From: Lama guanicoe | Taxonomy: Eukaryota | Reading direction: 5' to 3' | DNA length: 64,000 nt | NCBI GenBank assembly: GCA_013239625.1 | Contig: MU054220.1 | Span: 5,158,587-5,222,586, forward strand | Part shown: one piece after another, positions 52,619 to 64,000 of the stretch | Layout of the letters: each line of letters opens with the position of its first letter | Numbering within the stretch: the stretch's first letter is position 1 | Notes under the pieces: model-generated | Told to the model about the DNA's origin: nothing | What the model saw: only the letters and a program-made list of their open reading frames with translations | Databases searched by the model: none | Made by a program: the position numbers and the translations under genes

Positions 52619-53322
52619 TTTTAACATTTTTTTATTGATTTATAATCATTTTACAATGTTGTGTCAAATTCCAGTGTAGAGCACAATTTTTCAGTTATAC
52701 GTGAACATACATATATTCATTGTCACATTTGTTTCTCTGTGAGCTACCATACAATCTTGTATATATTTCCCTATGCTATACAGTATAATCTTGTTTATCT
52801 ATTCTACAATTTTGATGCAGCCACTGTGGAAAACAGTATGGAGATTCCTCAAAAGACTAGGAATAGACTTACCATATGACCCAGGAATCCCGCTCCTGGG
52901 CATATATCCAGAAGGAACCCTATTTCAAAATGATACCTGCACCCCAATGTTCATAGCAGCACTATTTACAATAGCCAAGACATGGAAACAGTCTAAATGT
53001 CCATCAAAATGTGACTGGATAAAGAAGAGGTGGTATGTTTATACAATGGAATACTACTCAGCCATAAAAACTGACAACATAACACCATTTGCAGCAACAT
53101 GGATGCTCCTTGAGAATGTCATTCTAAGTGAAGTAAGCCAGAAAGAGAAAGAAAAATACCGTATGAGATTGCTTATATGTGGAATCTAAACAAAAAAAAC
53201 AAAAACAAAAACAAAAACAAAAACAAAGCATATATATAAAACAGAAATAGACTCATAGACATAGAATACAAACTTGTGGTTGCCAAGGGGGCAGAGGGTG
53301 GGAAGGGATAGACTGGGATTTC
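52619..53322 (-). mobile_element. Young 5'-inverted LINE-1: minus-strand 3' end (52619-52815) plus inverted ORF2 C-terminus/3'UTR (52816-53322)
   Basis: Plus-strand open frame QPLWKTVWRFLKRLGIDLPYDPGIPLLGIYP...KYRMRLLICGI*. TSD gatattt(t)attgtttttt at 52601-52618 and 53323-53339. Confidence 0.93.
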
Positions 53323-54563
53323 GATATTTATTGTTTTTTATGCTATTGTGGATGGGATATTTTTCTTTATCTCTTTTTCAGATGTTTCATTATAATTTTA
53401 TAGAAATGTAACTGATTTCTGTATGTTTATTTTATATCCTGGAACTTAACTAAAGTTCATTGCTTAATTCCAACAGTTTTTTGGTCGAGTCTTAGGATTT
53501 TCTGCATATAAAATTATACTGTTTGCAAATAGTGACAGTTTTACTTCTTCCTTTCTGATTTGGATGCCTTTATTTTTTTGTTTTGCCTAATTGTTCTAGC
53601 TAGGACTTCCAGTACTATATTAATTAGGAGTCGTGAGAGTGGGTACCCTTGTCTTGTTCCTGATCTTAGAGGAAAAGTTTTTAGTTTTTCACCATTGAGT
53701 ATAATGTTAGCTTTGGGTTTGTGGTATATGGTAGGAGTGATCATGGAACATAAAATTCAATGAAATGAAAGGGGGACTTGTTATGTGGGGTTCTAGAAAA
53801 ACTCTTAAAAAGGGAGTATGGTCATTTGGCCTTTTCCTTCCTTTTTTATTCTCCCTTCATAAACTGTGAACATGACATATGCAGCTATAGGAACCACCTT
53901 GTGATGGATGGTTAGGTAAAGACTAAGAGAAATAGAGCCATGCCTGTTGGACATTGTAGCTTTAAGCCTTTGAACCAGTCCTGGATCTCTTCTGGACTTC
54001 TTGTAACATGAAAGAATAATGGGATCCACTTTAGGTCGCTTGGGTGCTTAGTATCACTTAGATAATTTGGGTACTATGTTACACAAAGCCAAGCCCAGTC
54101 CCTAAGAGACAGTTCACCTGGAGCATACCTGTAGCTCTAGCTCATTTGTGAACTGATTAGTCTAAGCCATATAAAATTCCAGTCTCTTGAGTGATTGGTT
54201 TAGGCATGAGCATGTGATAGTAGCTGACAAAATTTGACCAATGAGATGAAAGGAGGAATGTGCTTTCTCCCAGACAGAAAAGCTTCCCCACTCTTAAAAG
54301 AAAGCATATCGAAAGGGATGTCTTCTTTTGTGGACACTGTCTAGGTCAGAATAGGATGCCTGGAACCACTGTAGCCATCTTGCAGCTGTGAGGGGAGCTG
54401 GCCTGGGGATAAAGCTGATACAGTGAGGATGGAATAGTGGATACTAGGAAAGCACCAGATCCTCGATGATGTCATTGAGCTGCCAAATCAACCAATCCTG
54501 GAGTTGCTTATGTTTGGGCTTCTGGCTTTGTGAGTTAATCAAATTATTTTTTGTTGTTTAGAC

Positions 54564-54760
54564 CAAGAGTTGGCAATTTTTTTCAGTTAAGGGCCATGCA
54601 GTAAATAGTTTAGGCTTTGTAGGGCTACTCTGCCACTGTACTGTGAAAGCCATAGACAATATGTGAACAAATGAGCATATCTATGCTCCAGTAAAACTTT
54701 ATTTACGAATACAGGCAGAAAGCAGTATTTGTCATTCAGGCAATAGTTTGCTGAACCTTG
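54564..54760. mobile_element. MER58A-like hAT-Charlie MITE with perfect 8-bp TSD, inside an MLT LTR remnant
   Basis: TIR-like ends caagagttggcaa...tttgctgaaccttg; TSD gtttagac at 54556-54563 and 54761-54768. Confidence 0.9.
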
Positions 54761-56454
54761 GTTTAGACATTGAGATGAGGTTTTCTGCTTCTTAACTGAT
54801 CTACATCTTGCCTGATACTGAATTGGAGAGTAGAATGCATAAAATCTAAGCCCTCTTTCAACTCAGAGATTGGACAATTCGGAGAATGACATAAGGAAAG
54901 ACCAGAAAAGAGAGAAACAAGTTAAAAGTGGGAATGGTAAAAGACTCATAGAAGAGCTAGAGGTAAAGCAGCTTGAAAAGCTATACCTACCTCAGTTGAA
55001 TAGGGAAGAAGGAAATATCCCGCCCTTAGCAGAAGGCTGCTAGAAGAAGAAAGTCTCACAGAATGGAGATGCATCAAATCTTTAAAATTTAAAATGTCCA
55101 TCATTTTTAGCACATAAATAAAAAAGTTAGAAATATATTTAAGAAAAATATACTTATTATCCCATACACAGATGTAAATCTTACTATAAAGATGTAGGTA
55201 TAGACTTTTCCTTTATATAAAGAGGAATTGTATGCATATGCTGATTTGTAGTTTACTTTTTCCACCTTAACCACGGATTCTGAAATTAGATTTATAAATT
55301 TATACAACCATCATTTTGAAGGTTGCTTAGTAGCCCATTGTATAAAAGTAGCAATATAATTAACTAGTCTCTATTATTCTTTCATTTTGGTTGTCTTCCC
55401 TCCCCCCCCACAATCCTTTTGCTATTATATAATAAGCTTGAAATATTCTATTTACTGTTAGAAAGTTCTGTCCCATTCCCTCCCTATACACTTGTTTCAG
55501 AATAACTCTTCCCTGATAATGTCAAGCAGCTGGTAAAGGGCAATTTAAAAATGTTTCAGTGTAGCAATCAGAGACATCATCTTCTATTCCACTCTGAGTG
55601 AAATCCTAATGAGGTCACTTGTCCAGATGTGAAACTCCCAAGTCTTTGGGGATTTTAGCAATGGTTTCTGCTTTAATGTTTAGTCTCCTGGCTGTACTTT
55701 TCCATATTATATACAGCCCTTAAGTTGTAGGGTAGGGCTGGTTGTTGCTAAGAAGTAGTAACAGTAACGGGTTCCAGATCTACCTGCCTGCTTTCCCCCT
55801 GTACTCCCAACGCCTCCATCTGAAAATGGGCTGAGTCATTCTCAGGGGCAATTCAACTTTTACTGTTTTGATCTGGAGTTTTGTAATCAATTTGTGTCTG
55901 TCAGTCAGTGAGTACTCATACTCATTGGACCAGTTGGAACAGAATAGCAGTCTTTTATAATAGGAGGTACATACTCTTAAGTTTTCCACAGTATTAGGAA
56001 AGAGCACTGGTATAAATAGTAACAAATATCATTCATATTTAACTTTAGAATGGAATCTGAGACCCAGAGAAGGAAAGAAACTTGCTCGATGATGGGCAGG
56101 TAGATAGAGGTGGGGCTGGAAGAAGACCCAAGTGTTCCTGGAGATTCTCTCCTGTTCCCCAGTGGGTCAGAACTTACCACAGGGGAAGTCTCTTTTGGAA
56201 AGTGCTCATCCAATGTTTCGGAGTTGTGGGTGGGGTGGGACGTGAACAGAATAAGTACCGGAGCAGCAGACATAATAATGCACAAAGAGGGAAGGCTCTG
56301 GGGGAAAAATAGCAAATCTAATATAAGATATTTTGTAGGTAAACAGTTATTGACATGAAAAGTTATCTTCTATCTATAAAGTGAAAAATTTAGGTTCTAA
56401 GTAGCATGTGGAGTATGACTCCATTTTTGTTAAATCAATCTCATGTAAGTATAT

Positions 56455-56499
56455 CTGTCTGTCTATCTGTCTGTCTATCTATCTACCTACCTATCTATC
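56455..56499. repeat. (TCTG)/(TCTA) microsatellite
   Basis: Directly visible. Other simple repeats: (TG)n at 6265-6285, 7215-7247 and 59826-59847; (CA)n at 6819-6845. Confidence 0.9.
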
Positions 56500-57055
56500 A
56501 AGCAGCTATGTATCTACTTAAAAAGATACATTTCAAGTTGTCTAGCAGTGGTTATTTTTGGGTATTGAAAACTGGAGTGTTACTATTTCCTTCTTATTGA
56601 TAAACAGTAATTTCTAATTCTTTTACCCTAAACATGTATAGCCTTTCTGATAAGAAAAAAGTTATAAAGAGAAAATGCACTCATAGATAAAGTTATAGGT
56701 TGTGTTTTGATAGCATATCTGTGTGTCACTAAGACTTACAAGGAAGGAATATTTTCAGATACTCTTTTGAGTGAAGAGTATTCCTTTCATTGGGAGCAGC
56801 ATTCATGTGGGACCTTTGCGTACATATCACACTTTCTTCATGGTCTTCAGCATCCCTCACAGCTCTCAAGGACAAGGGCCTAAGTCTCAATTACTTGGTG
56901 ATCAGTGGCCTATTAATTTTTAAATTTTTAATTTTTTACTATGAATGAATGAATAAGAAACTTTTAATAAGTTTATTTGAACATCACTGAGGCTGAAATT
57001 AGTCAGTGAAAGGGCAACAAGTAGGACAATATATGTATTTCTTAAGGCTTGGATG

Positions 57056-57566
57056 TGTAATAGGGAAGAACAAATCTGACTCCATATTAGATCTGTTCCT
57101 TTGTCTCTAACCCTGCTTCCTGTGCTTAGTCATACTGTTTCTGCACCTTTCCTAAAAGAATATTGCCTGTAGCCTGAAATATACATGATAGCCTATTCTC
57201 AAGTCTCTGACCTTTAAGAATCTAACACTTTCCTATTTATAAAGATAAAACGTTGCAGAAGAGAAAATAACACTTGTCTTGTTGGAGGTTTGCGGGGACA
57301 CCATGACCTGACCTATGTGGCCAGCTGCAAGAACAACGGATTCTGACACCAAGAAGTTTGCAACAACCAACCACACCCCCTCCCCTTTTCAGTATAAAAG
57401 GAGCCTAAATTCTGACTTGGGTAAGATGGTTTTCCAGGACATTAGCCTGTCATCTTCTTGGTCTGCTGACTTTCTGAATAAAGTTGCTATCTCTTGCCCC
57501 AACATGTTGTCTAGAGATTGATTGGCCTATCATGTGGTGAGTAGAACGAGTCTGGACTCGGTGACA
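57056..57566 (+). mobile_element. ERV1-class solo LTR
   Basis: TG...CA termini (tgtaatagggaagaacaaatctgactccat ... ggactcggtgaca); TATAAAA at 57393-57399; AATAAA at 57477-57482. Confidence 0.85.
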
Positions 57567-58269
57567 GGTAAGGGAGCAGAGGAAGCAAGAGGCAAATAAG
57601 CAGTGTAACCCTCTCCCCGCGTAGCATATATGAAGAGAAAGTTATCACCAGTTTAGCTGAGGATCGTTAAGGTGTAGTCGTGTTTCAGATCCTTTGGGAC
57701 TTGTGCTGAGAATACAAGAATTGGAAGTGAGGATGTGAGCTTGGTGCTTTCCGGGAGGGTTAGTGACTCTCAGTGATGGGAGAGTGAAGGGGGGGGCCTT
57801 CTAGAGAAAGGGAAAAATAAAGATATTGAAAAAAGTGTTTCAAGGGAACTTTTAAAAACCCTTTGTTTTGAGCTATGTGTGAGAAAAAGGGTCCTGGTAG
57901 AACTCAGTGAAGTCACTGACTCAGGCTGGTTTGGATACAAAGGCGGCCTGGGGAAATCAGAGGGAAAAGGCTTCCTCTGTTGTCAGGAGTATGGCGTAGG
58001 TTGGTAATGAAAAGGACTGGGATGTGCTGGGTAGAAACCTGTGAGCCACGGGGGTAAGGGTGAGCTCTTACCTTCTCCGATCCTTTCTTTAAATAGCAAG
58101 TAGGGTTGTTGTCACTCACTAATTTAATAGCGTCTGATAAGCCATCAGATGTTTAAAAAAAATCCAACCCCCTCCCCTTGGCTGACCTACAGAGCTTGGC
58201 ATGATGTTATTAACCCAACTCCTGCCTCGCTTTTTTACTTAAGTGCCAGCTACAAGGGACTTCTTTCTG

Positions 58270-58622
58270 TTTCACGCTTGTCCCCACTTTGAAGCATTGT
58301 ACTAGTTTTCTGCCTGAAAACCACTGCCCTGGAGGGGCAGAAAACCACAAGCTTGCCTCTTCCTTGCTTTTTAAGTCATAGCTTAATGTCGCCTCCTCAG
58401 AGAGGATTTTCTCCATCATCCAACCTGAAATATATCACCGGCCGCTTTGTGTCATTTCCACCAAGCATTTATCCATTTATCATTACCTGACACTTTTTTT
58501 TTTTAATATCTGTTCTTCTGTTAGAATGTAAACCATGAGAAAAGAGACAGGGTCTGTCTCACTTAATGTCTAGAATAGTCCCCAGCACATGATAGTCAAT
58601 AATATCATGTAGGATGAATGAA
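58270..58622. mobile_element. L2 3' fragment
   Basis: cttaatgtcgcctcctcagagagg...tagaatgtaaaccatgag...gatgaatgaa. Confidence 0.65.
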
Positions 58623-61560
58623 CAAATCTACCGCAAGTTCTTCATATCCTTATTCTGGAAAGACTTCCATGTGTCTTTAGGCTGATATAGCTGTCATTCT
58701 GTTTTGCTTCCAGCACAGCCTCTGTCTTTGCTTATAGCATCCAGCTAAGCTGTAAATAATGGCAGGCACGATGCCTTTTTTGCTTTGCATTCTCAATGCT
58801 CTGTTATGTACCAGGAACCATTTACTGAGAATGAACGAACGTATGTGTGAATGAATCTTGTGCTGCAGACATGGTAGATCCTTAGGCACATCCTCGGAGG
58901 TAGAAAATCTGATCTTTGTGGGCAGGAAGGGCAAGGCGGAGACATTCAAAGTGACGCACAAGTTTTGTTTGAGGCTTGTCTTCCATCATACTTAAAAATA
59001 AATGACAGAAACAGAAATAAGACTGAAGGGGCTTTGAGAAAGGAACTGAGATAACTTTTAGGACTGGAAATTGGGACTGTTGATTTTAGGAGACTCTCAG
59101 CTTAGACTCCCCTCAGTCTCTCATTTCTATTAAATATGAAGGCCATCATTCCTATTCAGCTACCTTGGAGATTGATTAAATGTCAACTTCTTGACTAAGA
59201 GAGAAAGAAAGAATGTGGAACCTCAGGAGATCTCAAAAGGTACATATTTGGAATACCAAGGGGAAAGAAAAAAAAATTAGAAAATATTCCACTTAGTGAA
59301 ATAGTCCTCCATTCTGTCTTTGCACTCCAGTGTACTTCTGGAACTTTAAGATTTAGTGGCTACTGAGAATATTAATGGCCCAGGGAAGCTAGAGGTTCAC
59401 TCTTTATGACAGTAATTTTTGAATTTCACTGGATAGTTTCCACAGAATGAAATGCCTGTTATTCAATTTCTATGAAGAGTTAAGGGATTTGGGGACTTAT
59501 TAACATGGTAGAGAGGAAGTTGTCCCACATGCTGTGCCCTCTGCCAGGTAACTGGTGTTCTTCTCCGAGATCTAAGACCAGGTGTTTATTAAGGTATGGG
59601 GCAATGTATCACACTACCTGTTAAAGTCTGCTCTGTGGAACAACGGTCCCATGAGATGCACAATGAACAAAGGAGTCTATAAAATTAGTTTGGGGAATGC
59701 CACTTAATCTCTGTGTATTCTTGGAGATTTACACTTTACATTAGCATGGAAAAACCTCTGAGAAGATATTCGGTAAAAAAAAAACAACTTAAGATTCTTT
59801 AAGAAATTTAACTATGTAGATAAGAGTGTGTGTGTGTGTGTGTGTGTTTGTGAATACTACTAACACTCTTGGGAAAATACATGGTAGAGGAAAAATTATG
59901 GACATATGAGTCAATCAGACCTGGGTTCAGGTTTAATTCTTGTGACTCACTGCTGTGTGACCTAGAACAACTGATTTAACTTCTCTCAGTTCTGTTTTCT
60001 CTTTGTATATTGGGTATAACACTTTACCCAATAAGATCATCATGACTATTATTTGAGATAATGCATATCTTAATGTCTAACCCAGATCACAGAATATAAA
60101 TATTAGTACTGGTGACCAGACAGGTGGACAATTATTATACAAAAAACACCATGGTAGATATGTGTGGGTTATAAAACTGAATAAAGTAGTGCACCTTATA
60201 TCAGAGAAGCCCAGTATATATCAGGTATTTACAAGATACCAGCCTCTGGTCAACACTGTGCCAGGTACCTGGGGTGCAACATTGGATGAGGCAGATATGA
60301 CCCTCATCCTCATGGAGTTTTCTGACTTGCTCTCAGTGGCATTTGTGTTCTCAGAGGCTAATTCATGCTAGAACTTGTCACCCAACCTCATGCCTAGTAG
60401 CCTTCATATTGATATTAAGATTTAACTGTCTTTCCCCATATTATCTTTTCAGGTATGGGCTCATGAGGGGATATTTTGCTGCTGGAGTGGGTCTCCAAGT
60501 ACTCTCTGTAAATGGAATCTGTAAAAACTGAAGAAAGTCTCACAGGTGACAATCAAGTGCTTAGGAGCTTGGTGGGGAGAGGAACTGAATGGCAGTAGGG
60601 CGGTACTTAGAGAGCATCAGGTAGACCATAGAATAGACATTAAAATTTGGTTTCCCCTTACATCAGGTAAAAAGAAAATCATGTTTCCTAAGCTTTGGGG
60701 AGAGCATTTAGAATGGTAGCTTTAAGGATAATTTATAAGGATACTTAGTTACTGCTAGAAAAATTATTTCAGGACATAAGGGTTACAAGGATCATGAAAA
60801 TAATAGTTAACTGTCCTTTGTACATTTTCCCTAGGTTGGTTTGAGTGCTAGCTTTTGCTTCTATCTGGAGAATAATGGCAAATGCTCAAAATCATTGATA
60901 AGATATTTGAGAAGATTTTCAAGGTTTTCAAAAAGGTTAAAAGGTGGGAAGCGATATTTTAGATTCCTTATAAAGCTTCTTAGTTCCTTTATGTATATGT
61001 TTAAAAAAACAGGGGTGTTTTATGAATCATTTGGAATAGAGACAGCTCTTTCCTGAGCCCCAGGCATGTAGCAGTCAGGAACTTCTACCTGCAGCGCAGT
61101 CTTTGAAGGCAAAAAGATTTCGCTCAGCAGACTTAAGGGGCCTTGCAGGTAAAAGAAAGGAAATGTCAGCTATGTGACTGCCGAGGGACAATTTCCTATC
61201 CCAAGAAGTGACTTTGAAATGCTGTTCAAAGTAGCTGTAAGGGGTGCGTGGCTCATTCTGGAGAACGTGTGGGCTTGGAAATGAACTGCCCTCTTGAACT
61301 GCGCCTGCCTTCTATTATGGGGGCACTAACGCATTTTAATGGTATTGCCCAGACTAGGGTTAGTTGATAAAGAAGAACAGCTGTTGCTTAGCTGTTTTCA
61401 GTCTTTTTGTTTGGCAAAATTACACATCTTTCTGAGGCTTGGGGAAAGGATGTGGCTGAAATAAAACAAATGAAGTGGGAGAGAAGGGAGAAATCAGACC
61501 ATCTGTATTTAAAAGTGGCTATTTTAGGGGTTTAACTCTGAGCCAGGGACAGTGCTAAAT

Positions 61561-62316
61561 NNNNNNNNNNNNNNNNNNNNNNNNNNNNNNNNNNNNNNNN
61601 NNNNNNNNNNNNNNNNNNNNNNNNNNNNNNNNNNNNNNNNNNNNNNNNNNNNNNNNNNNNNNNNNNNNNNNNNNNNNNNNNNNNNNNNNNNNNNNNNNNN
61701 NNNNNNNNNNNNNNNNNNNNNNNNNNNNNNNNNNNNNNNNNNNNNNNNNNNNNNNNNNNNNNNNNNNNNNNNNNNNNNNNNNNNNNNNNNNNNNNNNNNN
61801 NNNNNNNNNNNNNNNNNNNNNNNNNNNNNNNNNNNNNNNNNNNNNNNNNNNNNNNNNNNNNNNNNNNNNNNNNNNNNNNNNNNNNNNNNNNNNNNNNNNN
61901 NNNNNNNNNNNNNNNNNNNNNNNNNNNNNNNNNNNNNNNNNNNNNNNNNNNNNNNNNNNNNNNNNNNNNNNNNNNNNNNNNNNNNNNNNNNNNNNNNNNN
62001 NNNNNNNNNNNNNNNNNNNNNNNNNNNNNNNNNNNNNNNNNNNNNNNNNNNNNNNNNNNNNNNNNNNNNNNNNNNNNNNNNNNNNNNNNNNNNNNNNNNN
62101 NNNNNNNNNNNNNNNNNNNNNNNNNNNNNNNNNNNNNNNNNNNNNNNNNNNNNNNNNNNNNNNNNNNNNNNNNNNNNNNNNNNNNNNNNNNNNNNNNNNN
62201 NNNNNNNNNNNNNNNNNNNNNNNNNNNNNNNNNNNNNNNNNNNNNNNNNNNNNNNNNNNNNNNNNNNNNNNNNNNNNNNNNNNNNNNNNNNNNNNNNNNN
62301 NNNNNNNNNNNNNNNN
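61561..62316. other. Assembly gap (756 N)
   Basis: Continuous run of N. Confidence 1.
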
Positions 62317-63806
62317 TAGACTGTTTGAGGGATATTCTGTTGGTGGTAAGGAACCCTTCTCCCCAACACTGGAGGGTGTTGGGCTCTTCTTAGAGCTCAC
62401 TAGAGATTAGTACTGGAGATCTATAAACTCCTAAGGCACACAGATTCTCCCTAAGCACGTGGATTCAACCTTACTAAAGAGGGCTCTGATTCTCTTCAGA
62501 AGAGTAGGACACTTCTCCATGCTTCCCTGTCCTTAGCCACACCTCCCCCGCCCCCAACTTCACTGTCATTTATGTTTAAATTACTACCAGCTAGTGGAGC
62601 CAAAGATCCACAGATAAGTCCTTGAAAGAATATTACGTTTTTTCTTCCCAAGCTAGGACAATTAACAAGAACTAACAAAGGGTCAAAGAGGGTTTTTGCA
62701 CGTGAACATGCAGCTTTTGGTTAACTCTGTAACTGTTTAATACAAAGTATATGCTATATCTGAAACATATGGTCTAATGTTATCTAACCATCTAACCTAT
62801 CTGTTTTGGTCTTTAAAAAAATAAACTTCAGTGGCAAAGCTGGGTTTCATCTGTAATTTCTTTTGAAGGCAGCTGGAAGTTGCTGAGGTAGGATATAATC
62901 TCCCTCCTTGGGGCATTTTTTGAATGACAGCTATTCAGGAGTAGTGTATGGTGTGGGCTTCCAGGAAGCAGTAGCGGTTTTGTCTTCTCTTTGTTCACAG
63001 GCTCCTCTCTTAAGAGCAGTGACGGACACTTTGTTTGCTATGGAGGAGTAATTGTCCGTAGACATAGGTTTGTAGGGAAAACCTCAAACCTGTAATTTCT
63101 CACTGTTCTCAAAACCTCATTTCAGCGGGAAGGTTGAGAGTCTCTCCATTTTTCCTTTTTCATGATTGAGTCGGGATGGCATAACACTCAGTAGGGGAGC
63201 AGACAATTCCTCTGGTGTGTGTTCTAGTGTGGCCTAGCTTGGGGTCAGGGAGGATGGTTTGCAGAGCCCAGGAGCTGCCTTGCTGGGACACAGCTTGAAC
63301 CCTGACACTTTAACTGATTGATTGCCTGCTCACACACTGGTTAAGTGGTCTGGCTGTTTCTGTGCTGCTTGTGCATTTGTGAGACGTAACTGTTCTCCAC
63401 CTGGAGATCACTATATGCAACGGCAGGTCTTAATGAACTTGGATCCTGGTTTCTTGGGAGTGAGTTCTTGGCAGTCTCAATCTGGGGTTGGTGTCCCTTT
63501 TATGTGCCCCCAGATGATCCTGTACTTTCCCAGTTACTCTATTTATTGTACTTAATGTCTGTTTTATAAGTTAAAATTTTATTCTTAAAAATTGAACTCA
63601 TCCATTTAATTGATTTATTAAACAACTTTTTGTAATCTGTGAGTACCATGTGCCAGGCACTGTGCAAAGGACTGAGGATTCAGTAGTGGTCAAAATATTC
63701 AAACAGAACAGAAGTATGTGGGGTAACAGTGAAAGTTCTCTTTAAATCCTCCATCTCTCCCTCAAGTCTCACTCAGCTGAGGGAACCTACTTTTAATAAT
63801 TTAGAG

Positions 63807-63981
63807 CAGGGTTTGGCAAACTGCCACTTGAGGCCCAAATCTGACCTGCCACCTGTTTTTGTAAATAAAGTTTTATTGGAACAGAACCATACTCATTTGT
63901 TTACATATGAAAACTCTGTGGTTGCTTTCACACTATAACCACAGAGTTGAGCCCTTTTCAAAAAAAGTTTGCTCACAGCCG
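63807..63981. mobile_element. MER58-like hAT MITE, apparently internally deleted
   Basis: cagggtttggcaaac...ttttgtaaataaagttttattggaaca...aaagtttgct; TSD atttagag / atgtagag (7 of 8 match). Confidence 0.85.
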
Positions 63982-64000
63982 ATGTAGAGGATATTTTAAG

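Larger units (their letters stand above)
50545..53730 (-). mobile_element. Older 5'-truncated LINE-1 that hosts a SINE and a younger L1, and is itself inserted in an MLT1 LTR
   Basis: Minus-strand ORF2 fragments ([59 protein letters not shown]). MLT1-like sequence lies on both sides (~50330-50510 and ~53731-54090). Confidence 0.9.

Noticed and set aside
52773..53189. 138-aa ORF as a host gene
   Set aside because: It is the L1 ORF2 C-terminus fused across the inversion junction.
58131..58151. Small hairpin tctgat-aagcc-atcaga
   Set aside because: It is too short to exceed chance and is not pre-miRNA sized.
61524..62400. Long 255-281 aa ORFs
   Set aside because: They are artefacts of the N gap.
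62975..63070. Strong-looking splice acceptor (ttttgtcttctctttgttcacag, 63000)
   Set aside because: There is no convincing donor or recognisable reading frame downstream, and such motifs are common in introns.

Overview
This is mammalian non-coding DNA, probably from a camelid. It is AT-rich and dense in repeats, with a 756-nt assembly gap at 61561-62316. I cannot support any intact protein-coding gene, RNA gene or prokaryotic system. The main recognisable content is: (1) a young, 5'-truncated processed pseudogene of CYB5R3 (2082-3304, minus strand); (2) a second retrocopy of an unidentified transcript with a perfect 15-bp target-site duplication (TSD) (41464-42006); (3) two clear LINE-1 insertions with 5' inversions (twin priming), plus many L1 3' fragments; (4) one tRNA-Ala-derived SINE, ERV/MaLR LTRs, hAT MITEs and old MIR/L2 remnants. 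Sequence not explained by repeats includes an old ~61-bp x7 tandem array with possibly covarying mini-hairpins (22140-22560) and several homeobox-motif-rich unique blocks that may be conserved enhancers. All poly(A)-tailed L1 and mRNA insertions I could orient lie on the minus strand, which hints that the window is an intron of a plus-strand gene. Repeat subfamily names come from recall of consensus sequences, not from a database search.
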